From: an uncultured delta proteobacterium
GTDB lineage: Bacteria > Myxococcota > B64-G9
Assembly: GCA_963754925.1 (NCBI GenBank)
Contig: CAVWHX010000005.1
Location: 1-64,000 of the forward strand
DNA: 64,000 bases
Direction: 5' to 3'
Both the position numbers and the translations under genes were made by a program. This document shows positions 42,396-52,556 of the stretch, one piece after another. The notes beneath the pieces were generated by a model. The model had not been told where the DNA came from. It made no database searches and worked only from the letters and a program-made list of their open reading frames with translations. Positions within the stretch are counted from its first letter, which is position 1. Each line of letters opens with the position of its first letter.

Positions 42396-42743
42396 GGCAT
42401 CCCTCCTGGTCTAAGTTTTGGACAAACGGACGGGCAATCAGTTTTGTCGATGCCCAAATCCAGTACGATCGTCCTGTTCGACAAAGTTCACATAGCTCAC
42501 ACCTCGTCAGTTCCGAGGATGTACGAGATGATTTGGCTTGTATCGAAGTGGTGCGCGAGCGTTAATTGACTCTAACGCTTATTTTGAAGATCACACAAAT
42601 ACAGCCTGTATGTAATGGTAGAATAAAATACTTTATCGTCCCAATGTCAATGGAAAAATGCGCAGAGATATCCCTTACAGGACGGTCGATAATTCTCCGT
42701 CAACCTAAAGGGTTGACTTGCTATAACGACTCGGCATCCGCAC

Positions 42744-42868
42744 GAAAATTTATACGTGACTCCAAACCTGGTTGATACTATGTAGATTTGCAAATCCTAA
42801 CGCAGGGCCGATGTTAATCCCAGTAGTGTAAAGCCATCATGGTATTGGACAGGGGCATTCGTCTCCAT
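42744..42868 (+). repeat. fadD promoter/leader segment, copy 2
   Basis: Diverged copy of 36503-36628. Confidence 0.82.
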
Positions 42869-43045
42869 TTCAAATGGGGGGCAGGATAACAGGCCAGGCT
42901 AAAAACCTATTGACATAAAAGCTGCGTTGAATTTTAAGGTATTATCATTTAGTTGCGCCTGCTCTGGCAAAACAAGGAACCGAAGGAACAAGCATTAGTT
43001 CCTTCTTATGAATTGTATTTATAAAGTTTAATTATTAGGAGAAAT

Positions 43046-43681
43046 TTGATGAAAAAAATAAATTTGTTTATCATTGTGTTATCAGTATGCTTCTTAACGC
43101 CATTGGTATTTGCTGATGAAGAGAAAAATAATTTTGCAACAAAGGGAATTTTCGAATATGGCGGTTCTATTTCCACATCAGGAGTATTTTATGAAAATGG
43201 GAATAATGAATATTTAAGATCAAAATTTAGTATTAGTTTTCACCCATTATTAAATTATTATATTATTGACAAGATACATATTGGGCTAGTTCCTTATATA
43301 ACCTATTCATATTATGATGTTAAAGTTACGTATCCTAATTATGCAAAACACCTGATTTTCTTGGGTCCGTCGTTTTCTATGGGGTATACTATTAATTTAA
43401 CCGATAGGTTATTTTTCGACATTTCACCGAGTATAGAATATGAATATGGGTTATCTATTTATCATACTTCTTCAAATCATATTAGTTATAATGCTATGTA
43501 TTATTATTTACAAATATCTTTGAAATACCTTATAGGGAATACATTGATTGGTGTATATTTAGCACCAGGATATCACGATTATATAGGAAACAAACCTCCT
43601 GAGTCTTCGAATTATTTTGAAATAAATTTAGGAATGGGGATTACATTTTTTTGTCCAAAATTAGACTCAAATAAGAAGTGA
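43046..43681 (+). CDS. AT-rich hypothetical protein, probable small outer-membrane beta-barrel
   Basis: AGGAG RBS, signal peptide, alternating aromatic beta strands, very low GC. Confidence 0.65.
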   Translation: MMKKINLFIIVLSVCFLTPLVFADEEKNNFATKGIFEYGGSISTSGVFYENGNNEYLRSKFSISFHPLLNYYIIDKIHIGLVPYITYSYYDVKVTYPNYAKHLIFLGPSFSMGYTINLTDRLFFDISPSIEYEYGLSIYHTSSNHISYNAMYYYLQISLKYLIGNTLIGVYLAPGYHDYIGNKPPESSNYFEINLGMGITFFCPKLDSNKK

Positions 43682-43747
43682 CACTTTTGCTCACTAAGAT
43701 CCCCTGCCCATTATATGTTGATGTGCTTAACAGAAAGGAGGACGGAT

Positions 43748-44314
43748 ATGAAGGTTATCGGCTTCAACGGCAGTCCCAGGAAAGACGGTAACACCACCAT
43801 GTTGATAGGCTATCTCTTACGGGAGATCGAGAAAGAGGGCATTGAAACGGAACTTATTCAGCTCTCGGCAAAGGCGATTCACGGATGCATCGCCTGCTAC
43901 AAGTGTTTTGAGAATCAGGACCAGCGCTGTGCCGTTAAGAACGATGCGGCGAACGAGTATATCGAAAAGATGACCACGGCTCAGGGTATCGTTTTGGGAT
44001 CTCCCTCCTATTTTCAGGATGTAACAGCGGAGATGAAGGCCTTGATAGACCGGGCGGGTTTTGTCGGATTGGCAAACGGAAGGATGTACAAGAACAAAAT
44101 TGGGGCTTCCGTAGCCTGTTTTCGTCGCAGCGGAGGTATGCATACCATCGAAACCATGAACCATTTCTTCTTTGGCAACGAGCTTATCATCGCCGGGCGG
44201 GCAATGAGCGTTGCCAGAGACAAGGGAGAGGTCGAAAAAGATGGGGAAGGCGTCAACATCGCGCAGACATTGGGGCAAAAGATCGCATGGATGATGAAGA
44301 AGCTCTACGATTGA
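43748..44314 (+). CDS. Iron-sulfur flavoprotein / flavodoxin-like FMN reductase
   Basis: NGSPRKDGNT, CIACYKC.....C, GSPSYF, MKALIDR. Confidence 0.92.
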   Translation: MKVIGFNGSPRKDGNTTMLIGYLLREIEKEGIETELIQLSAKAIHGCIACYKCFENQDQRCAVKNDAANEYIEKMTTAQGIVLGSPSYFQDVTAEMKALIDRAGFVGLANGRMYKNKIGASVACFRRSGGMHTIETMNHFFFGNELIIAGRAMSVARDKGEVEKDGEGVNIAQTLGQKIAWMMKKLYD

Positions 44315-44405
44315 AACTCCGAATTTCATTCCCATGACCGATCAGCAGCTCAACCTAACTTCTTGACTTGCACCTAACATCTTTGATAACAATGGTTTTT
44401 GTTAT

Positions 44406-44490
44406 GCCGGGATGGTGGAATTGGTAGACACACGGGACTTAAAATCCCGTGGTGCTTAGCGCCGTGGGGGTTCGATTCCCCCTCCCGGCA
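44406..44490 (+). tRNA. tRNA-Leu (TAA)
   Basis: GCCGGGA/TCCCGGC acceptor stem, anticodon loop CTTAAAA, long variable arm, GGTTCGATTCC; no encoded CCA. Confidence 0.96.
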
Positions 44491-44564
44491 TTTTCCTTTT
44501 CGATTATGACTGTTGGCGCATAGACATCATTCGGTTTTTCAGCAGGACTCCAATCCCCGCCATG

Positions 44565-46265
44565 CTATGTCGCCTGGTTGAATTTTATAAATGAAAAAAG
44601 CATGACAAATCCGAAACAGAGGAAATTGCAATATAAATATCTAAAATCTTGAGCGGGAATTGATAGCGCGACTACCAGGTTGTTAGCGATTACTACGAGT
44701 GGCACACAGAGTGACCTCAATCCATTGACCAATGCCGAACCGACGGCAAAGAGAATGCTGAGATACAGCAACAAAGCCGGTTTCCACAGTGTTGACAGGA
44801 CCCCCGTCAAAACAGCCATGAGGTGACTAGGCTTCGGTCTCTTAGCATCGCTCAAGGAGTCCACGGTATACGTGCTCGACTGCAAGAAATCAGACAGTAG
44901 CGATTTTAGAGGAGGGCAAAGGCTCTCGCTGACAACGGTATCATCCTTCAACCCGAACCTCTCCTTATCTTCAGGGTCAATATCGACGGTGTAGGCGAAG
45001 TTGTATCCCATAACTTTTATTCTCCAGATTATCGATATCATTTTACCGTACGCTGTTATGGCTTCTCGGGGATTCTGGAGGCATAGCTCTGCAAGAAGAG
45101 CAAAAAATTCTCTTTTGTTTTTCAAGTATGCATCGTCATCAATATTTTTATTGTCTTTTATCGGATCGGCAAGATATGGATCATAACTCGAGAACCACTC
45201 ACTGAGAGGAAGTATTTTCGCGGCTTTGTTATATTGCTCGGGAGTGATGTTGCGCCCGTTTTTAAGCACTCCCGCCATGATATTCAACGGTATGCTATAT
45301 TTTACTCCCTCGAACGCAGGGGATATGTTCAACGCGGTATACACGTTATTGACGATAATGAGATAGAAAAACAAGGCTGCAATAAACGTTGTAAAAAACC
45401 TAACCAGGGTACTGTTCTTGATTGTATGCAGAACCAAGGAAGAGAAACCGATTCTTGCGCTGGAGAGGATGTTTTTCCACGGGGAGGAATCGGTCATCCC
45501 ATATATAATAACTATTAAAGGAACCGATATCACCAGATCATACATGCCGTTGTGTCTAAAAAACAGCATCATCAGCATAGCAATGAACAATAAGAAAATA
45601 CCCCGAAATGTTCTAAGGTATTCACCATGAGTGACAACCATATTCATTATAATTATGGTCAGGAAAGCCAACCCAGCGCTGAATAACACGTCCTTCCATA
45701 AGGTAATAACAATCATTCCGAAAGGTGGACTGGCTGAGAGTAGGATAATATATATCCATACAACTTTCCGACTAAATCCCACTTTTTCAAGTGAATAGGC
45801 GCCGTAGGCAACTATCGATGATACACACAGGATATTAAACGCCGCCAGGGCGGCGGGAGAATGCCATAGAGACATTAATAGCGCCAGCAGGGCGGTGTGT
45901 GCTGCAGGATGGGCGTCGCTTACCTGACTCCAATTGCCGGCCAATATTGCTTGCGCTTGCTTCCATTGAACAATTGAATCTACCGTCATATTACCGGGAT
46001 AAAACGCAACCAAATAGATTGAAGATACCATAATACTGGGAAACAGGTAGAGTATAAACGTGGGCCATCGTATCTGGTTGTGTTCAACAGGAAATGAATA
46101 CCGCGAAATGAAATGTAGGAATAAATATGAAATAAATGAAAACAGCGGCCAAAGAAATACAATCGGTAGTACCGAAGTAATAATAGAATCATCTTTAAAC
46201 TCGGCACAGGAAAACGTCACAACGAGACCGAATAAAGCCGAAACAAATATCTTTTTTTTATTCAT
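44565..46265 (-). CDS. Polytopic membrane protein (DUF6020-like, possible GT-C glycosyltransferase)
   Basis: FYPGNMTVDS..QW, DAHPAAHT, LWKD, FRHNG, QDFRY. Confidence 0.7.
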   Translation of the reverse strand: MNKKKIFVSALFGLVVTFSCAEFKDDSIITSVLPIVFLWPLFSFISYLFLHFISRYSFPVEHNQIRWPTFILYLFPSIMVSSIYLVAFYPGNMTVDSIVQWKQAQAILAGNWSQVSDAHPAAHTALLALLMSLWHSPAALAAFNILCVSSIVAYGAYSLEKVGFSRKVVWIYIILLSASPPFGMIVITLWKDVLFSAGLAFLTIIIMNMVVTHGEYLRTFRGIFLLFIAMLMMLFFRHNGMYDLVISVPLIVIIYGMTDSSPWKNILSSARIGFSSLVLHTIKNSTLVRFFTTFIAALFFYLIIVNNVYTALNISPAFEGVKYSIPLNIMAGVLKNGRNITPEQYNKAAKILPLSEWFSSYDPYLADPIKDNKNIDDDAYLKNKREFFALLAELCLQNPREAITAYGKMISIIWRIKVMGYNFAYTVDIDPEDKERFGLKDDTVVSESLCPPLKSLLSDFLQSSTYTVDSLSDAKRPKPSHLMAVLTGVLSTLWKPALLLYLSILFAVGSALVNGLRSLCVPLVVIANNLVVALSIPAQDFRYLYCNFLCFGFVMLFSFIKFNQAT

Positions 46266-46310
46266 ATGCCTCTCTGACTGTTTAGTCGCACGCGATATCC
46301 CGGGCGGCTC

Positions 46311-47615
46311 CTAGATCCTACAGCCTTCCTCGAAGTATCGGGCATTGATCATCCTGCCCATGTTGAGAGCCATGAGTTGCAGCAGGTGGCTGCGAAATTT
46401 CAGAAGACGAGCAGCGATTGATTTCGGAGAATAGAAAGACTTGTAGAGTTTGATGTAGCCTTCGAGAAGCTCATGAGGGGTCATTTTCATGGGTTTGTAG
46501 ACCACGTGGTTCGTGTCGTAGTGCGCCCAATTGTAATGGAGGATGCGGTTTGATGCCTTCATGTCAAAGAAAAGCTTGGTGCCCGGCATGGGGGTGAGGA
46601 TGTAGAAGTTCGCCGCCTCGAGTTTGTTTCTGATGCAAAATTGCAGGGTTCGGTCGAACACCCCGGCATCATCGTTATCCAGGCCAACGATAAACGAACC
46701 AAGGATTTTGATTCCTTTCTTATGGATGGTTGCAATTTCGTGGTCGTAGTCTTCGACACGGTTGAGACCGGACTTATGCATGGCCTTAAGATTGGCGCTG
46801 TCGGTCGTCTCCATGCCGATGAAGATCCACCCGCAACCGCTGCGCGTGGCGAGATTAAGAAGCTCGGGGTCGCGTGAAAAGCGGAGCTCGCCCTGACCGA
46901 TCCAACGTCGTTTGAGCGGAATAAGCGCCTCGAAAAGCTCCTTGGCCCGTTGGGGATGACCAAAGATATTATCATCGATGAACAGCAGGTCGCCCCGCGG
47001 CATGGCCTTGATATTCTCGATAACCTCTTCGACCGGGCGAAAGCGCAATTGGTTGCCCCAGAACTTCGTCACCGAGCAGAACGAGCAGGTATGCGGGCAG
47101 CCGCGGGCGGTCTCGATCACGTTGGGGAAACTGTATGCCGAAGGCTTGAGCAGATCGAGTCTCGGTCGCGGCAAACCGATGAGGCTGTGATAGCTGTCTG
47201 AAGTGTAGACTTTTTTCATGTGCCCGGCGAGAAAGTCGTCCAGGAGCTCATTGAACGAGACGTCCGCCTCGCCCACGACGACAGCGTCGGCGTGCGCAGC
47301 CGCCTCGTCCGTCATGAAAAATACATGCATGCCGCCGAGAACGACCGGTATGTGCTTTTGACGAAACCTGTCGGCGATCTCATAGCCGCGCATGGCTGTC
47401 GGCGTCATGAGGCTGATGCCGATCACATCCGGTCTGATGGTAAAATCGATATCCTCAACGTTTTCATCGATTATCCGAACGTCAAAGCGATCGTCGGCAT
47501 ATGCGGCGAGCAGCGGCAGATTGATCTGAGCCACCGATGATTTCGTTCTTCTCCGGCTGCACAAGCGATCTTTATCGGGGGATGGGTGGATGAGAAGAAG
47601 CGATGGTTTGTTCAT
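46311..47615 (-). CDS. B12-binding radical SAM protein
   Basis: VVLGGMH, VVVGEA, TARGCPHTCSFC, FIVGLD.D, LTPMPGT. Confidence 0.94.
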   Translation of the reverse strand: MNKPSLLLIHPSPDKDRLCSRRRTKSSVAQINLPLLAAYADDRFDVRIIDENVEDIDFTIRPDVIGISLMTPTAMRGYEIADRFRQKHIPVVLGGMHVFFMTDEAAAHADAVVVGEADVSFNELLDDFLAGHMKKVYTSDSYHSLIGLPRPRLDLLKPSAYSFPNVIETARGCPHTCSFCSVTKFWGNQLRFRPVEEVIENIKAMPRGDLLFIDDNIFGHPQRAKELFEALIPLKRRWIGQGELRFSRDPELLNLATRSGCGWIFIGMETTDSANLKAMHKSGLNRVEDYDHEIATIHKKGIKILGSFIVGLDNDDAGVFDRTLQFCIRNKLEAANFYILTPMPGTKLFFDMKASNRILHYNWAHYDTNHVVYKPMKMTPHELLEGYIKLYKSFYSPKSIAARLLKFRSHLLQLMALNMGRMINARYFEEGCRI

Positions 47616-47740
47616 GACTCTGTTTCGTAGAGAATTCTCGGTTAAATTTTGTAAAATACCACCGTTGTCGATTACCATACTACCGAAAGTATTTCTACTG
47701 AATATCTGATAGGGTATGAATTCACACACGGGAGGCCAAC

Positions 47741-48988
47741 ATGTTCGATTTTATCATGACCGAGGCGCAGAAAAAACTTCGCGGCGAGGCGCGGGAGTTT
47801 ACCAACGGGGTACCCAAACAAATGATTCTCGATATGGACGCTGACAAAGTCCAGTTCCCCCGCGAGTATCTCAAAGAGGCCGGCCAGAGGAACTTGCTCG
47901 GCATTAGGATTCCCGCCCAGTACGGCGGGAGAGGGCTCGGGTGGGTGGATGATAGCATCGTAGCCGAAGAGATAGGCGTGGCCAGCTACTCGCTGGCATG
48001 CCTCTGGGGCGTTGGGGCGGATATCGTCTGCGAGGCGGTCTGCGAGTTTGGTTCGGAAGAGCTCAAGCAAGCGATCGTCGTGCCGCTGCTTAAAGGAGAC
48101 GTGTGCGCCGCTGAAGGGCTTACCGAACCGCGGGGAGGGTCCGATTTTTTCGGCGCTAAAACGGTCGCCCGGAAAGAAGGCGGTGATTGGGTCATAAGCG
48201 GGCAGAAACGGTTTATCGTCGGCGCGGAAGGGGCAGATTGGTTTTTAGTGTATGCGGTCACCGACCCGACGGCGGTACAGCATAAAAGGCTTACTGCCTT
48301 TATGGTACCGCGGACAAAGGGCGTTGAGACCAAATACCTGTACGGTCTGATGGGCGTCCGCGGCGGCGGCGCCGGCAGGTTGGTGCTGAACGAGGTTCGG
48401 GTGCCTGAACGATACGCCCTTGCCGGCATCAACAACGGATACAAGGTGTTTGTTCGGATGATGGTTCCCGAACGGCTCGGCACGGCGGCGATGACCATCG
48501 GCTCGGTGCGGCCGGCCGTGGAGATAGCGACGAGGTACAGCTCGATGCGCAAGGCGTTTGGGCAGACGATAATGAATTTCGAGGCGGTTGGATTTAAGGT
48601 GGCGGATAGCGTGCTGCTGCTCGATGCCATGCGTTCGATGGTGTACAGCACCTGCCTGGCGATCGATTCCGGAAAGACCTCACCAGGACGAATTCGGCGG
48701 ATGGTTTCACAAGCCAAAAAATTTGTCACTGAGTCGGCCTGGGAGGTAGCCAATAACGCCATGCAGGTGATGGGCGGCATCGGGTATACGAACGTCTATC
48801 CCATCGAGCGCATCGTGCGCGATATCCGGCTTTCCATGATCTGGGTGGGCACCAACGAGATCATGCAGCTCATCATCCAGAACGAATGGTACAAGGAATT
48901 TTTGGAAAGCGTCTCAAAAGAAAAAACACGAAACGTCGAGAATGATGCGCAGAACGCCGATCAGCCGGATGAGAAGATTTATGAATAG
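47741..48988 (+). CDS. Acyl-CoA dehydrogenase
   Basis: LTEPRGGSD, GQKRFI, R.AFGQ.I, QVMGGIGY, RDIRL..IWVGTNEI. Confidence 0.95.
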   Translation: MFDFIMTEAQKKLRGEAREFTNGVPKQMILDMDADKVQFPREYLKEAGQRNLLGIRIPAQYGGRGLGWVDDSIVAEEIGVASYSLACLWGVGADIVCEAVCEFGSEELKQAIVVPLLKGDVCAAEGLTEPRGGSDFFGAKTVARKEGGDWVISGQKRFIVGAEGADWFLVYAVTDPTAVQHKRLTAFMVPRTKGVETKYLYGLMGVRGGGAGRLVLNEVRVPERYALAGINNGYKVFVRMMVPERLGTAAMTIGSVRPAVEIATRYSSMRKAFGQTIMNFEAVGFKVADSVLLLDAMRSMVYSTCLAIDSGKTSPGRIRRMVSQAKKFVTESAWEVANNAMQVMGGIGYTNVYPIERIVRDIRLSMIWVGTNEIMQLIIQNEWYKEFLESVSKEKTRNVENDAQNADQPDEKIYE

Positions 48989-49021
48989 TAAAAAAATACC
49001 AGTTAATATCGGTTGCTCTGT

Positions 49022-49345
49022 TTAATATCTCGGTTCACGTTTTATTTTGTTACCTTCTAGCCAGAAATGCTCCCTGCCGAATCTGAACAGATTCCGGGCT
49101 ATTGATACCGTCGCCTGAGGATTGTAGACCACGTTAATATCGTTTCCAAGCGGATTAGGTGTTGAAAATATACACCAGCTCGAGAGATAGAAAACGCAAG
49201 ATATAGGCTTACTGCTGGAATCTAGAAATAGTCTGGTAGATACAGGAGCACTCTCATCCACTTTATTCAGTCCGATTTTTTTCTTCAACACTATGTCGCG
49301 GTGCAGGTAACCGAGCTGTGGCTCCTCATCAGAGTTAGGAGTCAT
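49022..49345 (-). CDS. Hypothetical protein or gene remnant
   Basis: 107-aa ORF only; no motif recognised. Confidence 0.3.
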   Translation of the reverse strand: MTPNSDEEPQLGYLHRDIVLKKKIGLNKVDESAPVSTRLFLDSSSKPISCVFYLSSWCIFSTPNPLGNDINVVYNPQATVSIARNLFRFGREHFWLEGNKIKREPRY

Positions 49346-49526
49346 GGCCGCTACAGCTGGACCAATGCCGAATGCTGCCTATCCTGCCCCCCATTTAGCG
49401 AACCTCTTGTAAGAAGGTATTGTTAAACAATTTTTCTCATTATCAGACCAAGGCTACCATTCGCTCCTTAAGGCCTTTCGGATGATCCAAGACATTTCCA
49501 GAAAAACATCAAAGTTCGAGAAGAAG

Positions 49527-49832
49527 CTAACGCAGTTCGACCACAACCCGTTTGCCCAGAACAGAGGCCGCTTTCCCAATCGATTGCAATGTAACAGAGG
49601 TATTTTCAGGATCGAGAAGCCTATCGAGGGCGCTTCTGCTCGTCTTCATTTTATGAGCGAGAGACATTTTTGACATGTGCTTCTTCTTCATAAGCTGTTG
49701 CAGCTTGAATGCCAGGGCTTTTTTGGTTGCCGCCAACACTACTTCTTCATAGATACCTTCATCTTTTAGGAAGTCGTCAAAAGAAGAGCCGATGTGTTTC
49801 TCTTTAAATTCAATGTCGTCCTTCTTTTTCAT
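49527..49832 (-). CDS. XRE-family HTH antitoxin
   Basis: HIGSSFDDFL..EG, MKTSRSALDRLLDPENTSVTL; coupled to the upstream toxin. Confidence 0.88.
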   Translation of the reverse strand: MKKKDDIEFKEKHIGSSFDDFLKDEGIYEEVVLAATKKALAFKLQQLMKKKHMSKMSLAHKMKTSRSALDRLLDPENTSVTLQSIGKAASVLGKRVVVELR

Positions 49833-49833
49833 T

Positions 49834-50181
49834 TTATTCTCCTTTCTTTGCAGCCTTCAGCCTATTCCGCGCTATCTCCAAATCGGACTGAGGTGTTTTC
49901 ATGGATTTATTAATGAAACCGTGCAGGATGATCAACTTATCTGGGCTTTTTGCCACTAGCACACGCGCAATCTTATTTTTTAGGTTTGTCCGTATCTCCC
50001 ATATGCCAGGCTCCAGTTTCTTCACCGTCGGCTCACCAAGCGGCCATACGAATTGTGCCGCCTTTATGTCTTCGCCTATGAGTCGTTTTTCTTCTTTCAA
50101 TAAGCTCCTCAACCATTCACGGGCCGGTTCATTGCCAGCCGCGGTCTTGAAAAAGACAATATCAAGAGGTCGCTTTGTCAC
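49834..50181 (-). CDS. RelE/HigB-like toxin (Gp49/DUF891)
   Basis: FFKTAAGNEPAREWL, WPLGEP, IWEIR, LHGFINKS.KTP. Confidence 0.9.
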   Translation of the reverse strand: MTKRPLDIVFFKTAAGNEPAREWLRSLLKEEKRLIGEDIKAAQFVWPLGEPTVKKLEPGIWEIRTNLKNKIARVLVAKSPDKLIILHGFINKSMKTPQSDLEIARNRLKAAKKGE

Positions 50182-50187
50182 CAGTAT

Positions 50188-50216
50188 AGTGTACCAAAAA
50201 TGGTACGTTGTGTCAA
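50188..50216 (-). promoter_or_regulatory. TA promoter with overlapping palindromic operator
   Basis: Minus strand TTGACA-17-TACACT-6-GTG; inverted repeat GTACCA-AAAA-TGGTAC at 50191-50206. Confidence 0.75.
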
Positions 50217-50249
50217 GGAAAAAATTGAATAAGGTCGATTACGGTCTTC

Positions 50250-51698
50250 TCAAACGTTGGTATCGTCCCAGGCCCTCTTTTTTGCCAAATAATTGAATAC
50301 CCACAGTGCGCCTGTCGCAACCAGGGCCGCAACGACGAAGGGTATCCAAACCCAGCCGGGGTGGTATGTTTCCCACAACAGCGTCGTGGTATCCGCGGGT
50401 GTTTTGCCGATTAGTTTACAGAGGTGGGAAAACGCATCCGTCCTGCCGGGAAGATCCGCCACCTGCAGGTTTTCCTGAAGGTAGCGCAGCGCCAGGCCGG
50501 CCTTTTCACCCATGCTCTCGTAAAGATGGCCGGCCACGAATGCCCCGTATCCCCACCCGATAGCAAACGGAATGTTGGCGTATCCCATGTACAAGGCCTT
50601 TTTGTCCGAGGGTGCGATGACTCCCAGGTATTCGTTCAGCTTCGGCGAGCACAGCATCTCCCCCACCGAGAAGAGTCCGATCCCCAAGATACAGAAGCCG
50701 ATGGCCATTGAGTAACCCACCAGGTACGTGCCCACGGCCGAGACGATAAAGCCGAGCAGCATCGACGTCAGACGGCGCATGTAGTGATTCACGATCCACG
50801 AAAGAGGCGCAACGAACAGGATGATCAGGAACGGATTGAGGTTGATGACCCACTCCTGGGCGATTTGCGGGCCGCGTTCGACGTTGGTCGAATGCATGAA
50901 GGCGGGTAAATACCGGGCAATCGTTGACGAGTCGGTCCAGTCGACGATGAAGTTCGGCAGCATGTCGAAAAACTGCGATGCCGAGGCCCAAAAAACCGAC
51001 ATGATGAGAATGAACGCGACGAGGCGCGGGTTCAGAATATTTTTTGCCGTGTCCACGACGACCCGCCACATGCCGCCGCTGCGATCGGCGCCGGATTCAA
51101 CGTTGCCGTACGTGAAGAGCATGATCAGGTTGAGGCTCACCAGAATCGCGCAGCCGTAAAATACGTGCGGCCAGGAATAGCCGTAGAGAAAGTGGGCGAG
51201 CGGCGGGCCCAAGAAACCGCCGACGTTGACCACCATGTAAAAAAATCCCCAGCCGACCCCGGACGACTCTTCGGTCAGCGTTTTGACAAACGTTCCCTGA
51301 ATGGGCGGCTTGAAGATCGCCGTGCCAGCCGCAAGCACCATGCATCCGGTAAAAAAAGGCCAGAAGTCGGTTTGGGTCGCCATCAGCAGATAGCCGGTCA
51401 CCTTGAAAGCGATGGCGACGACTATCTGACGCTTGTATCCATACCGGTCGGCGAAACCCCCGGTGAACACCGGCAGGGCGGATTGCACGATCGCCCACCA
51501 CATGAAAATGAAGCCTTTATCCACTTGGGTGAAATGCAATCCACCGGGCTCATCGGCCTGGGCGATGTAGATCGGAATGACCACGCGGATGCCGTAGTAG
51601 GCAAGGCGCTCGATCATCTCCATGATGTTGGCGGCCCAGAAGGGCCGCGTGAGTGCCTTCGTCTGACGCCAAAATGAGAGGTCGGTGTTCGCTGTCAT
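50250..51698 (-). CDS. MFS transporter (POT/peptide-like)
   Basis: MEMIERLAYYG, GGFADRYG, FKP, FYMVVNVGGFLGP, GEM..SP. Confidence 0.9.
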   Translation of the reverse strand: MTANTDLSFWRQTKALTRPFWAANIMEMIERLAYYGIRVVIPIYIAQADEPGGLHFTQVDKGFIFMWWAIVQSALPVFTGGFADRYGYKRQIVVAIAFKVTGYLLMATQTDFWPFFTGCMVLAAGTAIFKPPIQGTFVKTLTEESSGVGWGFFYMVVNVGGFLGPPLAHFLYGYSWPHVFYGCAILVSLNLIMLFTYGNVESGADRSGGMWRVVVDTAKNILNPRLVAFILIMSVFWASASQFFDMLPNFIVDWTDSSTIARYLPAFMHSTNVERGPQIAQEWVINLNPFLIILFVAPLSWIVNHYMRRLTSMLLGFIVSAVGTYLVGYSMAIGFCILGIGLFSVGEMLCSPKLNEYLGVIAPSDKKALYMGYANIPFAIGWGYGAFVAGHLYESMGEKAGLALRYLQENLQVADLPGRTDAFSHLCKLIGKTPADTTTLLWETYHPGWVWIPFVVAALVATGALWVFNYLAKKRAWDDTNV

Positions 51699-51717
51699 GG
51701 GGAGGAATGGATAGCGG

Positions 51718-52269
51718 TTATCGCGATTTACTGTGGCGTTCGAGGTGAATCCACTCTGCGGGCTCGCGCCGGGGAGGCATGCGTGGCGTCTCGGCCGGTC
51801 GGCCGATCGGGATGAGTTCGATCACGGTGAGCTCGTCGGGCAAGGCTAACAACCGCGCCGCCGCAGGATGATCGATCGAGCCGACGTGAACCGTTCCATA
51901 CCCCAAGGCGTGAGCGGCCAGACATAAATTTTGCGCCGCGATGCCGGCGTCGAATAGGTACCAATCGCCATGGGCGGTAGTGGCTCGTCCGCGGTAGAAT
52001 CCGGCCTTGCCGCGGCGGGCGCACAAGGCGACAATCACCGGCGCACCAACGAAGCCGGCGGCCGCCGGATTGCTCGGGGAGAGCGTCCCCGCGAGCGCCG
52101 TTTTCTGCTGCACTTCGCGGACGACCACCACTTCGACGCACTGGGTGTTGGCCCAGCTCGGCGCAAACCGCACCGCCTCGATGATTTGCTGCAGGTGTTT
52201 TTCTTCAACTGGTTCGGCGGTAAACCTGCGGATACTTCGCCTGGTTTGAATGCATTCCAACGTATCCAT
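51718..52269 (-). CDS. Nitroreductase family protein
   Basis: RRSIRRF, APSWANTQ, DAGIAAQNLCLAAHALGYGT. Confidence 0.94.
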   Translation of the reverse strand: MDTLECIQTRRSIRRFTAEPVEEKHLQQIIEAVRFAPSWANTQCVEVVVVREVQQKTALAGTLSPSNPAAAGFVGAPVIVALCARRGKAGFYRGRATTAHGDWYLFDAGIAAQNLCLAAHALGYGTVHVGSIDHPAAARLLALPDELTVIELIPIGRPAETPRMPPRREPAEWIHLERHSKSR

Positions 52270-52381
52270 GGGGCACCTCTCCGGAATTCGACGAGCTCCC
52301 TAACGGGTTTCAAAATTGAAGGCTACCAATAGCGCGATATTCGAAAAGAATAAATGTTTTTTTCCAAATAAATTTTTTAAT

Positions 52382-52556
52382 TTGACAATCAAGATCTGGT
52401 ACTATAATAAGCCTTTTGCTTTTTGGAACGGGGGCGTTCCTCGAGAAGGCAACGTAGCCGTTCCATTTGTTCTTTTTCCTTGACAGTTTTAGTGGCTAGG
52501 TGTACAAGAGCCGCCTCTGTTTGGGAAGGAACCTGGGGTATCGGTCTTTGAAAATC
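52382..52556 (+). promoter_or_regulatory. rRNA operon promoter region with boxA-like element
   Basis: TTGACA at 52382 with a downstream TATAAT; TTGACA-17-TACAAG at 52480; GGTCTTTGAAAA boxA-like at ~52543. Confidence 0.6.

Noticed and set aside
42699..42720. GTCAACC-TAAAG-GGTTGAC hairpin resembling an IS200/IS605 end
   Set aside because: Single 7-bp stem with no tnpA/tnpB/iscB nearby; insufficient evidence.
44406..49500. Genomic island integrated at tRNA-Leu
   Set aside because: No duplicated tRNA 3' end or integrase was seen downstream.
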